Assembly (NCBI GenBank): GCA_963663965.2
Contig: CAXXFK010000014.1
Location: 1-48,124, forward strand
Source of the DNA: Sedimentisphaerales bacterium
GTDB lineage: Bacteria; Planctomycetota; Phycisphaerae; Sedimentisphaerales; SM23-30
Direction: 5' to 3'
Length of the DNA: 48,124 nucleotides
The position numbers were made by a program, and so were the translations under genes. Below the pieces are notes generated by a model. It was not told the DNA's origin. It saw only the letters and a program-made list of their open reading frames with translations, and did no database searches. Shown here one piece after another: positions 1 through 8,435 of this stretch (positions are counted from its first letter, which is position 1; each line of letters starts with the position of its first letter).

Positions 1-586
1 CGCCCGGACTCCGCGGTAACGACCTGCGCGTTTAAAATCCGCAATTTCACTGGCCAGCGAACTGGCCTCCTTGACCAGACTGCGAACCTGATCGTCCAGA
101 TCACCCTGAATCTGGCGTAGATCACCACGCAATTCCCGGATAAAATTGGTTAGATTGGCGCCAGACTGAACCACCACATTACGCGCCGCCATATCCTGCG
201 GATTGCTTTGCAGCGCCGACCAGGCGCCAAAAAAACTCGTTCAGTTTGGTGGACATATCCTGCTCGGTCAGTTCATTAAAGGCCGATTCCACCCGCGCCA
301 TGGCCTGCTGCTGAACCTGATACGATTCGGAATCGCTGACCGCCGACCAGATCCGTTCGTTGAGCGCTTCGTCCGCAGCCCGTTTGATATCATATAACGT
401 GACTCCGGTGCCGGAATATTTACCCGGCGCTACTTCATAACCCTGTGTCGGAGCCAAATGGACCCGCTGCCGGGAATAACCCGGCGTCGCCGCGTTGGCA
501 ATATTATTGCCAGTCACCGTCAACGCCGTTTGCGTTGCGGTCAGCGCGGTGCGACCTATTTGCAATGCTCCGTTTATCAGTGCCAT
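1..586 (-). CDS. flgK: Flagellar hook-associated protein FlgK, N-terminal part, running off the left edge; two apparent +1 frameshifts
   Basis: N-terminus has TGNNIANAATPGYSRQRV. Removing one T at the A7 run (~229-235) continues the frame as FFGAWSALQSNPQDMAARNVV. Removing one more base near 34-37 gives EIADLNAQVVTAESG. Confidence 0.9.
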
Positions 587-650
587 GTAGGGTTCCTTAT
601 CGAAATAAATTTGGTTTGAACGTTTGTCGTATTTTCATATGTCTCACCAG

Positions 651-1154
651 TCAGGCGATCGCGTCCACCAATCGGTTTTGCTCCAGTAACGTTTTTTTGC
701 CGGCCCGTCCATAGAGGCCGATATCTTTGCCGGCCTTTGCGATAATCTGGAAGATGTGGTCGACATGCCCCAGTATTTTTTTCGACGCGATCTGGTTAAT
801 ACGATTCAATCGCTGAACATCCCCGGTTGCCTCCATCAACAACGATACCATCGCCAGAATCCGGCTTTGGAACGCGCCGCCCACCACCCGGGCCAGTTCA
901 CGCGCGGTTGCCAGCCGGCCGGTCCGCGCCGGCATATACAGTTTCATGGCATCACGGATCGCGCTGGTGCGCCGGACGGCATTGGCCGCCAGATTCTCCA
1001 TCGATTGCTGTTCGCGCGTCGCCAGCGCATCCAGGAGCTCCAGATCGCGCTGACGCATCGCATCCAGTTTCTGCTGCAGAATCTGCGTCAGATCACGGTG
1101 CAATTGCAGATCCGTCTGCATGACCTCAATCAGTTTTTCGATGGGATTGTTCAT
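651..1154 (-). CDS. flgN: Flagellar export chaperone FlgN
   Basis: Helical ~167 aa protein between flgJ and flgK, with LNRINQ and YGRAG motifs. The ATG at 1154 overlaps the upstream stop (ATGA); 1166 is an alternative start. Confidence 0.75.
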   Translation of the reverse strand: MNNPIEKLIEVMQTDLQLHRDLTQILQQKLDAMRQRDLELLDALATREQQSMENLAANAVRRTSAIRDAMKLYMPARTGRLATARELARVVGGAFQSRILAMVSLLMEATGDVQRLNRINQIASKKILGHVDHIFQIIAKAGKDIGLYGRAGKKTLLEQNRLVDAIA

Positions 1155-1530
1155 ACGGTTCGCCATGTTTTATTGGCCAGTGATTCGGTGATTTGGCGTC
1201 GGGCGGCCTGCCCGGCGCGATCCAGTTCAATGATGGCCGCGTTCGCGGAAGACGGTGTCTCACGGCCTGACAATTTTTGTACCAGAATATCCGCCAGGGG
1301 CGCGTCGCCGGTACTCGACATCCGTTTGATCAATTCCGCGTCCAGTTGCCGGATAAAAGTCTGGCCGCCCGGACCGGTTCCCAAACAGCGAATGATTCTG
1401 GGACTCGCGCACCTGACGCAGCATGGTGCCGTAAAAGACCTGATTCACCAGTTCGCTGGCTGACTGGCGCAAGGCGTCGGATTGCGTTTGATGGGCAACC
1501 CGGTAATGTGTTGGATCCAAAGTTAATCAT
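1151..1530 (-). CDS. flgJ: Short FlgJ-type rod-binding protein without a muramidase domain; two apparent +1 frameshifts
   Basis: Fragments in three frames join to give LRQSASELVNQVFYGTMLRQVRES...LFGTGPGGQTFIRQLDAELIKRMS, the Rod-binding domain pattern. It lies directly downstream of flgI. Confidence 0.7.
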
Positions 1531-1536
1531 TCTGTT

Positions 1537-2670
1537 CTATTCCTGACGGATTATGCGAGCTCGAAGCGCCGAGGCGTCTTCCAGGGCATAAATCACTTTG
1601 ATTTTCTTTTCAATCGGGATATTCAACTGGTCCAGCGCGTCGATCAGGTCGTTGATCTGGGCCGAATTTTTTTCGGCTGATATCGAATTGGGACCAGGAA
1701 GAATCCCGGATTACCGGCTGGTTGGGTTGCGGAACCGGTTCAGGATCGACAATCCGGATCGCCATGCCATCCACTGTGACCACACAGGGCGCAATATCGA
1801 CATTGGCGGTAATGGCGATCGTGCCGGCCTTTTCGTTAATCACAATCGTCGCTTCCGGCGGGGGAATTTCCACCACCAGATTCATAATCCGGGCGATATA
1901 GTTGGCGTAATTCTTCATTTGCGAGGTTGGAATCGTCAACCCGGACGGTACGGGGATCGATCACCATGGCCGAACGCTGCATCATCAGCGCTTCCTCTTC
2001 AACCATGTCCACTCCCGGTATCGTATTCATATCTTCAATCACCATCGCCACCGCGTCAGCCGTGCGCCAACTGGATTGCGCTTCGTCAATAACCAGGTCA
2101 AAAAAACGTGCGTTTGCCAATTTCATCCTGGCTGACAAAATGATTGAAGAAGTCATATTCGATATCGGCGCCGGATTTCACCTGGCCATGAGTGGGATGG
2201 GCATTGTCCGGGATCGAAATGGGACCCTGCGCCCAGGCGTAAACCCGGTCATCTTTGATATTGGTGCTTTGCAGCGGGGTGGGTAACAACATACCACCGG
2301 CCAGACTGGACGCCTTGCCGGGACTGGAGACCGTGACATCGATTTGATCGCCGCTGCGCACCCCATTGCGGTTCAAGCGAGCCGTAATCATCACAATAGC
2401 CACATTTTTAGCGTTTTTCAGATCCTCCAGACCGGCCGGCGGATTGCCCAGCTTTTGCAATAAGGTGAGCATTGGCCGCGCCGTTATCAATACATCGCCG
2501 CCATCGCCCGTTCCGTTCAAACCCACCACCAGGCCCCATCCCATCAGGGTATTTTCCCGTTCACCCAGCGGCCGGGCAATATCACGGATACGGGTCAGTG
2601 CGCCGGCGGGTTGCGTCGTCAGCAACACCGTCAGTATGATTGTCAGAGCTATGGTAATGACTTTCTTCAT
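1537..2670 (-). CDS. flgI: Flagellar P-ring protein FlgI; three apparent +1 frameshifts (~2100-2130, ~1940, ~1670)
   Basis: Contains RIRDIA..GERENTLMGWGLVVGLNGTGD, KNVAIVMITA, ASSLAGGMLL and IVINEKAGTIAI. The restored C-terminus INDLIDALDQLNIP..ALRARIIRQE ends at TAG 1537-1539. Confidence 0.9.
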
Positions 2671-2682
2671 AGTGCTCGCCCG

Positions 2683-3438
2683 TTAAAAAGGATTTAACCA
2701 GTCCAGAAACGAATGAATCCAACTGCGTTTGGTAGCGTCTCGCGCCATGCCTTCATGCTGCTTCTGGATCCGCAGATCGGCTATCTGCGATGAAATAATC
2801 GTATTGGCCACCGAAACATCCTTGCTGCGGCAGATACCCGTCAGGGTAATGATGGTGGTTTCATCATCGGTGATCACCGTGTGACGCGCTTCCAGACACA
2901 GGTTGCCATTGGGATAAACATCCACCACTTCCGCTTGAATCCGCGCCATCAGACTGTCTTTGCGTGACACATCACCCTTTCCTTCGAAATCGCGCGTCGC
3001 CGAGCCGCCAATGGCCAGATCACCGCTGCGTTGAGGCGCCGGCCGCAGATCGCCGCCGGTCAGTTTGATCCAGTCGGTCAGTTTGAAATCGACCTTTCCA
3101 TCCCGCTCGGTTTTGGAGTCAGCCTTGGAGGAATGGCTGCTCACCTCATTCACCTGGATCGTAATCAGATCGTGTACCCGGAATCCTTTGGGCGAGGGCT
3201 CTTCCACCGCGGTCCAGGAGGCTTCGATGATCGGCGTATAGGCTTGAGTGACATTGCCGGTCTCTTCGGTAGCCAGTCCGGTCATCTCTGCGGCCTGATT
3301 GGTTTTGGCCCGCATTATTTTCTGCTGGAACTCCTGTTCTCCGCGCAAATACATGCTGCTGTTCTGATCGGTTGCGGCCATCGCGCCCGGCGCAACAGCC
3401 ATGACAATCATGATGACAATCGGCCAATCGTGTTTCAT
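2683..3438 (-). CDS. flgH: Flagellar L-ring protein FlgH
   Basis: Contains FRVHDLITIQVNE, AEVVDVYPNGNL, LTGICRSKDV..NTIISSQIADL and a WLNPF C-terminus. Confidence 0.92.
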   Translation of the reverse strand: MKHDWPIVIMIVMAVAPGAMAATDQNSSMYLRGEQEFQQKIMRAKTNQAAEMTGLATEETGNVTQAYTPIIEASWTAVEEPSPKGFRVHDLITIQVNEVSSHSSKADSKTERDGKVDFKLTDWIKLTGGDLRPAPQRSGDLAIGGSATRDFEGKGDVSRKDSLMARIQAEVVDVYPNGNLCLEARHTVITDDETTIITLTGICRSKDVSVANTIISSQIADLRIQKQHEGMARDATKRSWIHSFLDWLNPF

Positions 3439-4517
3439 CGTTGATCCCTGCCTTTCTCTGCGCTGGCCAGTTGCGTTTCGCCACTGTCAGACAAAACCTC
3501 GACTATTCCAGGCGCCTGTACCCGGCAGCGCAGTGTATTTGAACTGTTTTTCACCTGTACCGAAATAATATCATCCTGGGCGCCGTCACTTTGCGCCTTG
3601 CCCTGCAAGGTAATGCGAATCCCTTTGTAATCATTGAGAATATCAACCGCGTCATTACGATGCACGACAACGAGTTTTTTGAGCATCCAGGGCATGACGG
3701 TCTCATGCGCCTTCAATGGCCGGCACAATTCCTTGCCAATCACTTCGTCCAGCCGGCTCATTCCGCACCGGCTCGAATCATCCAGGGTCTGGGCCACCAG
3801 TTTGACATCTTCTTTGGTGATCACCTGACCGGGCACTAATGGCCGAATCACCACAATCGTTTCGCAGACTAGCCGCACATCGCTGCTGATCCGCACCCGC
3901 TCAAAGCCGCGCCCGGATTCGGTCAACGGGCAATTATCAATAATATCGAAACGAAGAGTACCCAGGTTAACCGGCCCCAGCGGCTTGATCATAAAACGTT
4001 TCGCGTCCGCGGCCTGTTCCAGAAATCCCTCTTCCCGACAGTCATACTCGATTAACAGGCGGCCACGGTCCAGGCCCGTTGCCGAAGCGATATAATCGGA
4101 AAGCTGATCCGCCACGGTTCGACCGACCGGTGTTGGAATCGGCGCCACCTTAACCGGTTCAGGCCGGGGAGCCGCTTTCAGATCAAACCGCAGTTGACAG
4201 GCCCGCGCGCCGAAAATATCTACCGAAATCGGATTAATGCCCGCTGCCGCCAGCGCCCGGCTGATTTCAAACACCCCGATGCTGGCCGCGGAGTTTTCTT
4301 CTCCGGCCTGCGTCAATACCAAAGTCGATAACCGTTCACAAAATGCCTTATCTTCATGCTGAATCATGACGACATCACCCAGGCACACCACCGGACGGGT
4401 GAGCGCCGCTTCCGACCGGATCCGCAGCACACAACGCGAACCCGACGGTTGCGCGACCGCCAGGATTGTCATTCCCAGGATCGCCAGCATGGATGGTCGT
4501 AAAATTTTTTGATTCAT
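3435..4517 (-). CDS. flgA: Flagellar basal body P-ring formation chaperone FlgA (SAF domain)
   Basis: Signal peptide, VCLGDV, SAF-like RPLVPGQVITKEDV, and GKAQSDGAQDDIISVQ. It sits between flgG and flgH. Confidence 0.85.
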   Translation of the reverse strand: MNQKILRPSMLAILGMTILAVAQPSGSRCVLRIRSEAALTRPVVCLGDVVMIQHEDKAFCERLSTLVLTQAGEENSAASIGVFEISRALAAAGINPISVDIFGARACQLRFDLKAAPRPEPVKVAPIPTPVGRTVADQLSDYIASATGLDRGRLLIEYDCREEGFLEQAADAKRFMIKPLGPVNLGTLRFDIIDNCPLTESGRGFERVRISSDVRLVCETIVVIRPLVPGQVITKEDVKLVAQTLDDSSRCGMSRLDEVIGKELCRPLKAHETVMPWMLKKLVVVHRNDAVDILNDYKGIRITLQGKAQSDGAQDDIISVQVKNSSNTLRCRVQAPGIVEVLSDSGETQLASAEKGRDQR

Positions 4518-4562
4518 TGGATTACGCCTTATGAGTGATTACTCATGATCGCTGTTTAAGCC

Positions 4563-5363
4563 TTATCGTCCCAGCCGGCCAACGGTTTGCATCACTTCAT
4601 TGGCCGCCTGGATGGTTTGTGAATTTAATTCGAAATTCCGCTGGGTCCGGATCAAACCCACCAGTTCCTTAACCGGATCCACATTACTGGCTTCCAGAAA
4701 ACCCTGTAACAACCCCCCAAAACCCGGATCGCGCGGGAAGCCTTCAACCGCAGGACCGCTGGCTTCGGTTTCCGTCAGCAGGTTGCCGCCTTCCTGACTC
4801 AACCCATGAGGATTGGGAAATTTATAAATGGATATCTGGCCGACTTCCTGCTCCACCCCGTCCACGACCGCCATCACCCGGCCATCCGACTGGATGGTGA
4901 CATCGCTGTAATCGACCGGCAGGGTGATTTGCGGCTGCATATAAAATCCGTCCGTTGTGGCCATCACCAGGTTGCCGTCGCGATCGGCGATAAACCGGCC
5001 GTCCCGGGTATACGCTTCGCCGTTACCGATACTGTCGAAAGACTGGACCTTGAAGAACCCTTCTCCTTGAATCATAATATCCAGCTCCCGGCCGGTCTCC
5101 TCCGGCGAGCCGGTTCGCATGTCCAGTTGACTGCTGGAAACGCGCGTCCCCAGCCCGACAAACAAACCCGTGCTGGTAATCTGCCCCAGGCTGTTCAGCG
5201 AGCCGGGCTGACGCCGGACTTCATAAAACAGATCTTCAAAATTCACCCGCGATCCTTTAAACCCCGTCGTGCCGGTATTGGCAATATTATTGGCGATGAC
5301 ATCCAGTTTGGTGTCCATCGCCTGCATACCGGTTGCTGCTGAATGTAGTGCTGTGATTGCCAT
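4563..5363 (-). CDS. flgG: Flagellar basal-body rod protein FlgG
   Basis: Contains ALHSAATGM..LDVIANNIAN..TTGFK..FEDLFY, YTRDG and GFLEASNVDPVKEL. The likely start is ATG 5363, after a GAGG RBS. Confidence 0.95.
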   Translation of the reverse strand: MAITALHSAATGMQAMDTKLDVIANNIANTGTTGFKGSRVNFEDLFYEVRRQPGSLNSLGQITSTGLFVGLGTRVSSSQLDMRTGSPEETGRELDIMIQGEGFFKVQSFDSIGNGEAYTRDGRFIADRDGNLVMATTDGFYMQPQITLPVDYSDVTIQSDGRVMAVVDGVEQEVGQISIYKFPNPHGLSQEGGNLLTETEASGPAVEGFPRDPGFGGLLQGFLEASNVDPVKELVGLIRTQRNFELNSQTIQAANEVMQTVGRLGR

Positions 5364-5382
5364 CTGGGGTTCCTCTGGTTTT

Positions 5383-6138
5383 TTATCCACTGATCATGCC
5401 CAGCCGGGTGGCCGCCTGGCTGAGCGTCTGACTTTGTATCTGCAACAGGTTTAAATTACTTTCCAGCATGCGCTGGGTTCGGATCATGGCCGTCAGTTCT
5501 GAAACCGGATTGATGCCCGATTCCTCCAGATATTGCTGCATGATCCGGGATTCAACCGGATGTGGCTGGACACCATCGGCCATAAAACGGTTACTGCCGG
5601 TTTTGATCAGATTGTCCTTACGATCAAAATCGACTATGGCCAGACGGGCAATGTCTTCGCCTGCCTGGCTGATTAATCCGGTCGCGTCGATGTGAGTGTC
5701 CAGTTGACGATCCAGTTTGATCGTCTGGCCGTCTTCATCCAGAATCGGCAGATGATCATCCAGCGTTACCAACTGGCCCGAATCATCAATGCTTAACCGG
5801 CCGTCTCGTGTATAGAGAGTCTGGTCGCCTTGTGCTATCTGGAAAAATCCGTTACCCGATATGGCAAGGTCATAAACCCCGCCAGTTTGCTTAAGAGAAG
5901 CGGCCGTAAAATCCGTATAGGTCGGCAGCGCAAAAAGGCCACCGCCCATGTTTTCCAACAGGTCGGTGGTATATCGTCTGCCGCCGTCTTCTTCGGCCTG
6001 GGTGGGGCGCGCGGTAAACATGGCCAGGTCGCGCTTGAAAGCGACCGTGTCAACATTGGCCAGATTATTCGCTACTACGTCCAAACGGTAGGAATTGGCC
6101 ATCGCGCCTGCTGCTGATGCGTACATTCCATAGTTCAT
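5383..6138 (-). CDS. flgF: Flagellar basal-body rod protein FlgF
   Basis: Contains GMYASAAGA..LDVVANNLANVDTVAFKRD, DLAISGNGFF, YTRDG and LEESGINPVSEL. It lies immediately upstream of flgG. Confidence 0.88.
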   Translation of the reverse strand: MNYGMYASAAGAMANSYRLDVVANNLANVDTVAFKRDLAMFTARPTQAEEDGGRRYTTDLLENMGGGLFALPTYTDFTAASLKQTGGVYDLAISGNGFFQIAQGDQTLYTRDGRLSIDDSGQLVTLDDHLPILDEDGQTIKLDRQLDTHIDATGLISQAGEDIARLAIVDFDRKDNLIKTGSNRFMADGVQPHPVESRIMQQYLEESGINPVSELTAMIRTQRMLESNLNLLQIQSQTLSQAATRLGMISG

Positions 6139-6153
6139 TATGCTTATCCTAAG

Positions 6154-6357
6154 CTATTGTGCCGAGTTCTCCGCCTCGACGGCAATCTGCGGATCCTGAG
6201 CCTGTAGAAACATGTGTCGCGCCACAGCCATCCGGGCTGCTTCCTGAATTCGTCCGGCCAGATCACTGCCGGCCAGGTTATTCAGTATTGAATCGATGCG
6301 CTGTTCGACATCCGTGTCGAAAAAGGCATCTGCTAACATGTTTCGTTCGATGAACAT
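6154..6357 (-). CDS. Small hypothetical protein (67 aa), first gene of the flagellar operon
   Basis: GAGGA RBS upstream of the ATG. It is co-oriented with flgF, 15 bp away, and downstream of the sigma54 site. Confidence 0.6.
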   Translation of the reverse strand: MFIERNMLADAFFDTDVEQRIDSILNNLAGSDLAGRIQEAARMAVARHMFLQAQDPQIAVEAENSAQ

Positions 6358-6444
6358 TCCGTTGTTCCTCAGGCTCCATAAAATTCAGCAACGCTCCACG
6401 TTACTTGAACGGTACAATCCTGCAAATTCACTTGATCAACTGTA

Positions 6445-6460
6445 TGCAACCAGCATGCCA
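6445..6460 (-). promoter_or_regulatory. Sigma54 (-24/-12) promoter of the flagellar operon
   Basis: Minus strand reads TGGCAT-GCTGG-TTGCA against the consensus TGGCAC-N5-TTGCW. Confidence 0.85.
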
Positions 6461-6677
6461 TACGACCGATAAATAAATATTTTATTGGACCTTATGAGAT
6501 TTTCCTTCATCATAATATTACATATCTTATTTAATTATAATATTTTACAAGTTTTAATGTCGCGAATGTTCCGACCACTGTTTTGATTATTAATTTCAAA
6601 ATAATCTGAAAACTATACTTTATATGATAATACGGGCGCAAAAAGTTCTTGGATAAATCATTGGCAAACCGGCTTAA

Positions 6678-6698
6678 AATGCGCAGATCTTGCGCATT
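6678..6698. promoter_or_regulatory. Palindrome, candidate enhancer (bEBP binding site) for the sigma54 promoter
   Basis: Perfect 8-bp inverted repeat AATGCGCA-gatct-TGCGCATT, about 220 bp upstream of -24, with AT-rich DNA between. Confidence 0.5.
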
Positions 6699-6838
6699 AA
6701 AATCAACTTTCTCATATCCAGCACCTCGCTGGGCATACCAAAATATATTCCCTAAATTTTTATCGACTTCCTCTTTTCAAAATTCACAGGTTTGTATATA
6801 ATGCATATTCCTTTTATCTATCTGGCAAAATAAGATTG

Positions 6839-6856
6839 ATCTGTTTTGATGCCAGA
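6839..6856. promoter_or_regulatory. Candidate operator, copy 1 of the ATCTGG-N-AT-N-ATGCCAGA motif
   Basis: ATCTGTTTTGATGCCAGA is 15/18 identical to 15403-15420. An extra half-site ATCTGGCA lies at 6820-6827. Confidence 0.5.
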
Positions 6857-6862
6857 AAAAAC

Positions 6863-6891
6863 TTGACTTTGTGACCCGATTCATCTAATCT
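6863..6891 (+). promoter_or_regulatory. Sigma70-type promoter
   Basis: TTGACT-17 bp-TAATCT, about 150 bp upstream of the 7045 start. Confidence 0.5.
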
Positions 6892-7044
6892 TCATATTTA
6901 ATGTGCTCAAAAGGACTTGAGCATCCACTTTACTGTAAGTGACCTACCCCAGGGATGGATGGCCTGCAATCATGGTAGTGGCCCACCGCCGCAGCGGTGC
7001 CATTCGCACACCTTTTAGACCTTTTCTTGAAAAGGAGTTAAGCT

Positions 7045-7914
7045 TTGAGTACCCTAACCAAAGTATTTGCGTTGCTCATCTCCGCACTGGCAATTTTCCT
7101 TTGCGGTGTGGTCTCTACATTTCTGATGACGGCCGAAGATTATAAAGCTTACGCTGAAAGCTGGAAAACCAAAGCCGAAGCGGCGGCTCTCCAGGCGGTC
7201 GCGGCAGAAGAGCGGCTTAACAATTTCAAAGGTGAACAGGAAATTATTGCCGAAGGGTTGCGAAATAATATTTCAACCCTACAGAGCCTTTATAACGAAC
7301 GCACCCGGCAGTGGAATGATGCCATGGAAGCCGGCAAGCAAGAGGCTGCCCGCGCCGCAACCGCGGTACAAACCATGGCCGCTCTGCAGACGACTGTCGA
7401 AAATATGCAAAGCTCCATCAAAGACCTGTGGGACGCCCACAATGTCCTGATCGCCGACAAGCGTAAAGCGGAAGTCGCCAAAGCCGATGCCGAGCATAAG
7501 CTGAATCTGTCCAGCGCCAAAAATGAACTGCTGGAAGACACCCGCCGGCTGCATGTCGAAAAAATTGCTGAACTGGAAAACACCATTGTCGACCTGAACC
7601 AGCAGCTGGAAAAATTCAAAGTGGCCTCCAGCGACTTCACTTCAACCAACCAGGTCAGCCTGACGCCGATCGATTCCGGTGGCGTTCCAATCCGTGGCGA
7701 AATTATCGATATCCGCGATGACAAAGCGGCGATTTCTGTTGGCAGTTCTTCCGGGGTTCGCAAAAACATGCGTTTCTGGATTACGCGTGGCGATAAATTC
7801 CTGGGTAAATTACAAATTCTAATGGTTGAAGCCGACGAAGCCGTTGGCCGGCTCGACAACCTTCAAGGCGTTATTGTCGTGGGCGATTCGGTCACTACCG
7901 GATTCGACTATTAA
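7045..7914 (+). CDS. Membrane-anchored coiled-coil protein with a C-terminal beta domain (FlgT C-terminal-like)
   Basis: AAGGAG RBS with TTG start. N-terminal TM helix, ~170 aa coiled coil, then GEIIDIRDDKAAISVGSSSGVRKNMRFWITRGDKFLGKLQI. Confidence 0.85.
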   Translation: MSTLTKVFALLISALAIFLCGVVSTFLMTAEDYKAYAESWKTKAEAAALQAVAAEERLNNFKGEQEIIAEGLRNNISTLQSLYNERTRQWNDAMEAGKQEAARAATAVQTMAALQTTVENMQSSIKDLWDAHNVLIADKRKAEVAKADAEHKLNLSSAKNELLEDTRRLHVEKIAELENTIVDLNQQLEKFKVASSDFTSTNQVSLTPIDSGGVPIRGEIIDIRDDKAAISVGSSSGVRKNMRFWITRGDKFLGKLQILMVEADEAVGRLDNLQGVIVVGDSVTTGFDY

Positions 7915-7941
7915 TCATCCAACCATCAGGAAGTAGCAATC

Positions 7942-8112
7942 ATGGCAAAAGCAAATAAAGCACAACCGAAATCAAAGGCCAAAACCAGTCGGACACCCGG
8001 TTTTGAAAGCGATGTGTATACCGCCCTGCTCGGCCTGACTTTCCTGATCATGGCCGCCACTACGGTATGGGCCTGCCTGCAGAAAATCAACCTGTACGAA
8101 AAACTCTTTTAG
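7942..8112 (+). CDS. Small single-pass membrane protein (56 aa), absent from the ORF track
   Basis: MAKANKAQPKSKAKTSRTPGFESDVYTALLGLTFLIMAATTVWACLQKINLYEKLF. It has an AGGAAG RBS and is followed by a terminator. Confidence 0.8.
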   Translation: MAKANKAQPKSKAKTSRTPGFESDVYTALLGLTFLIMAATTVWACLQKINLYEKLF

Positions 8113-8139
8113 TACCCAACTCTATATCCTGAAAAAAAT

Positions 8140-8178
8140 AAGCCTGATAAGCATTATTGCTTGTCGGGCTTTTCTTTT
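8140..8178 (+). terminator. Rho-independent terminator
   Basis: AAGCCTGATAAGCA-ttat-TGCTTGTCGGGCTT stem followed by a T-rich tail. Confidence 0.8.
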
Positions 8179-8435
8179 ACCATCACACTCTCAACACTTC
8201 CCAGTTCTCGTTCAACACCCATATGTTTATATCGCCTTTATTTGCAATGCGTTATATAACAAAACGCCGTTGGTAAGTCTGTTTTAATAGCCAATGAACA
8301 TTGACAGATCGCTGCGCGGTTTGTGATATCAGGATTTTTGCCACCACGCCCTTCCCAAAAAGTAATTTTCCGGATATAATTGTTTGTTTGTGTCCAGACC
8401 CGGACAGTCAGACCCCAGGCAAATGGAGACCGGCA

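Noticed and set aside
8301..8435. 45-aa N-terminal extension of UvrA in the ORF track
   Set aside because: The TTG at 8301 is part of a TTGACA -35-like box. UvrA similarity and an RBS point to TTG 8436.
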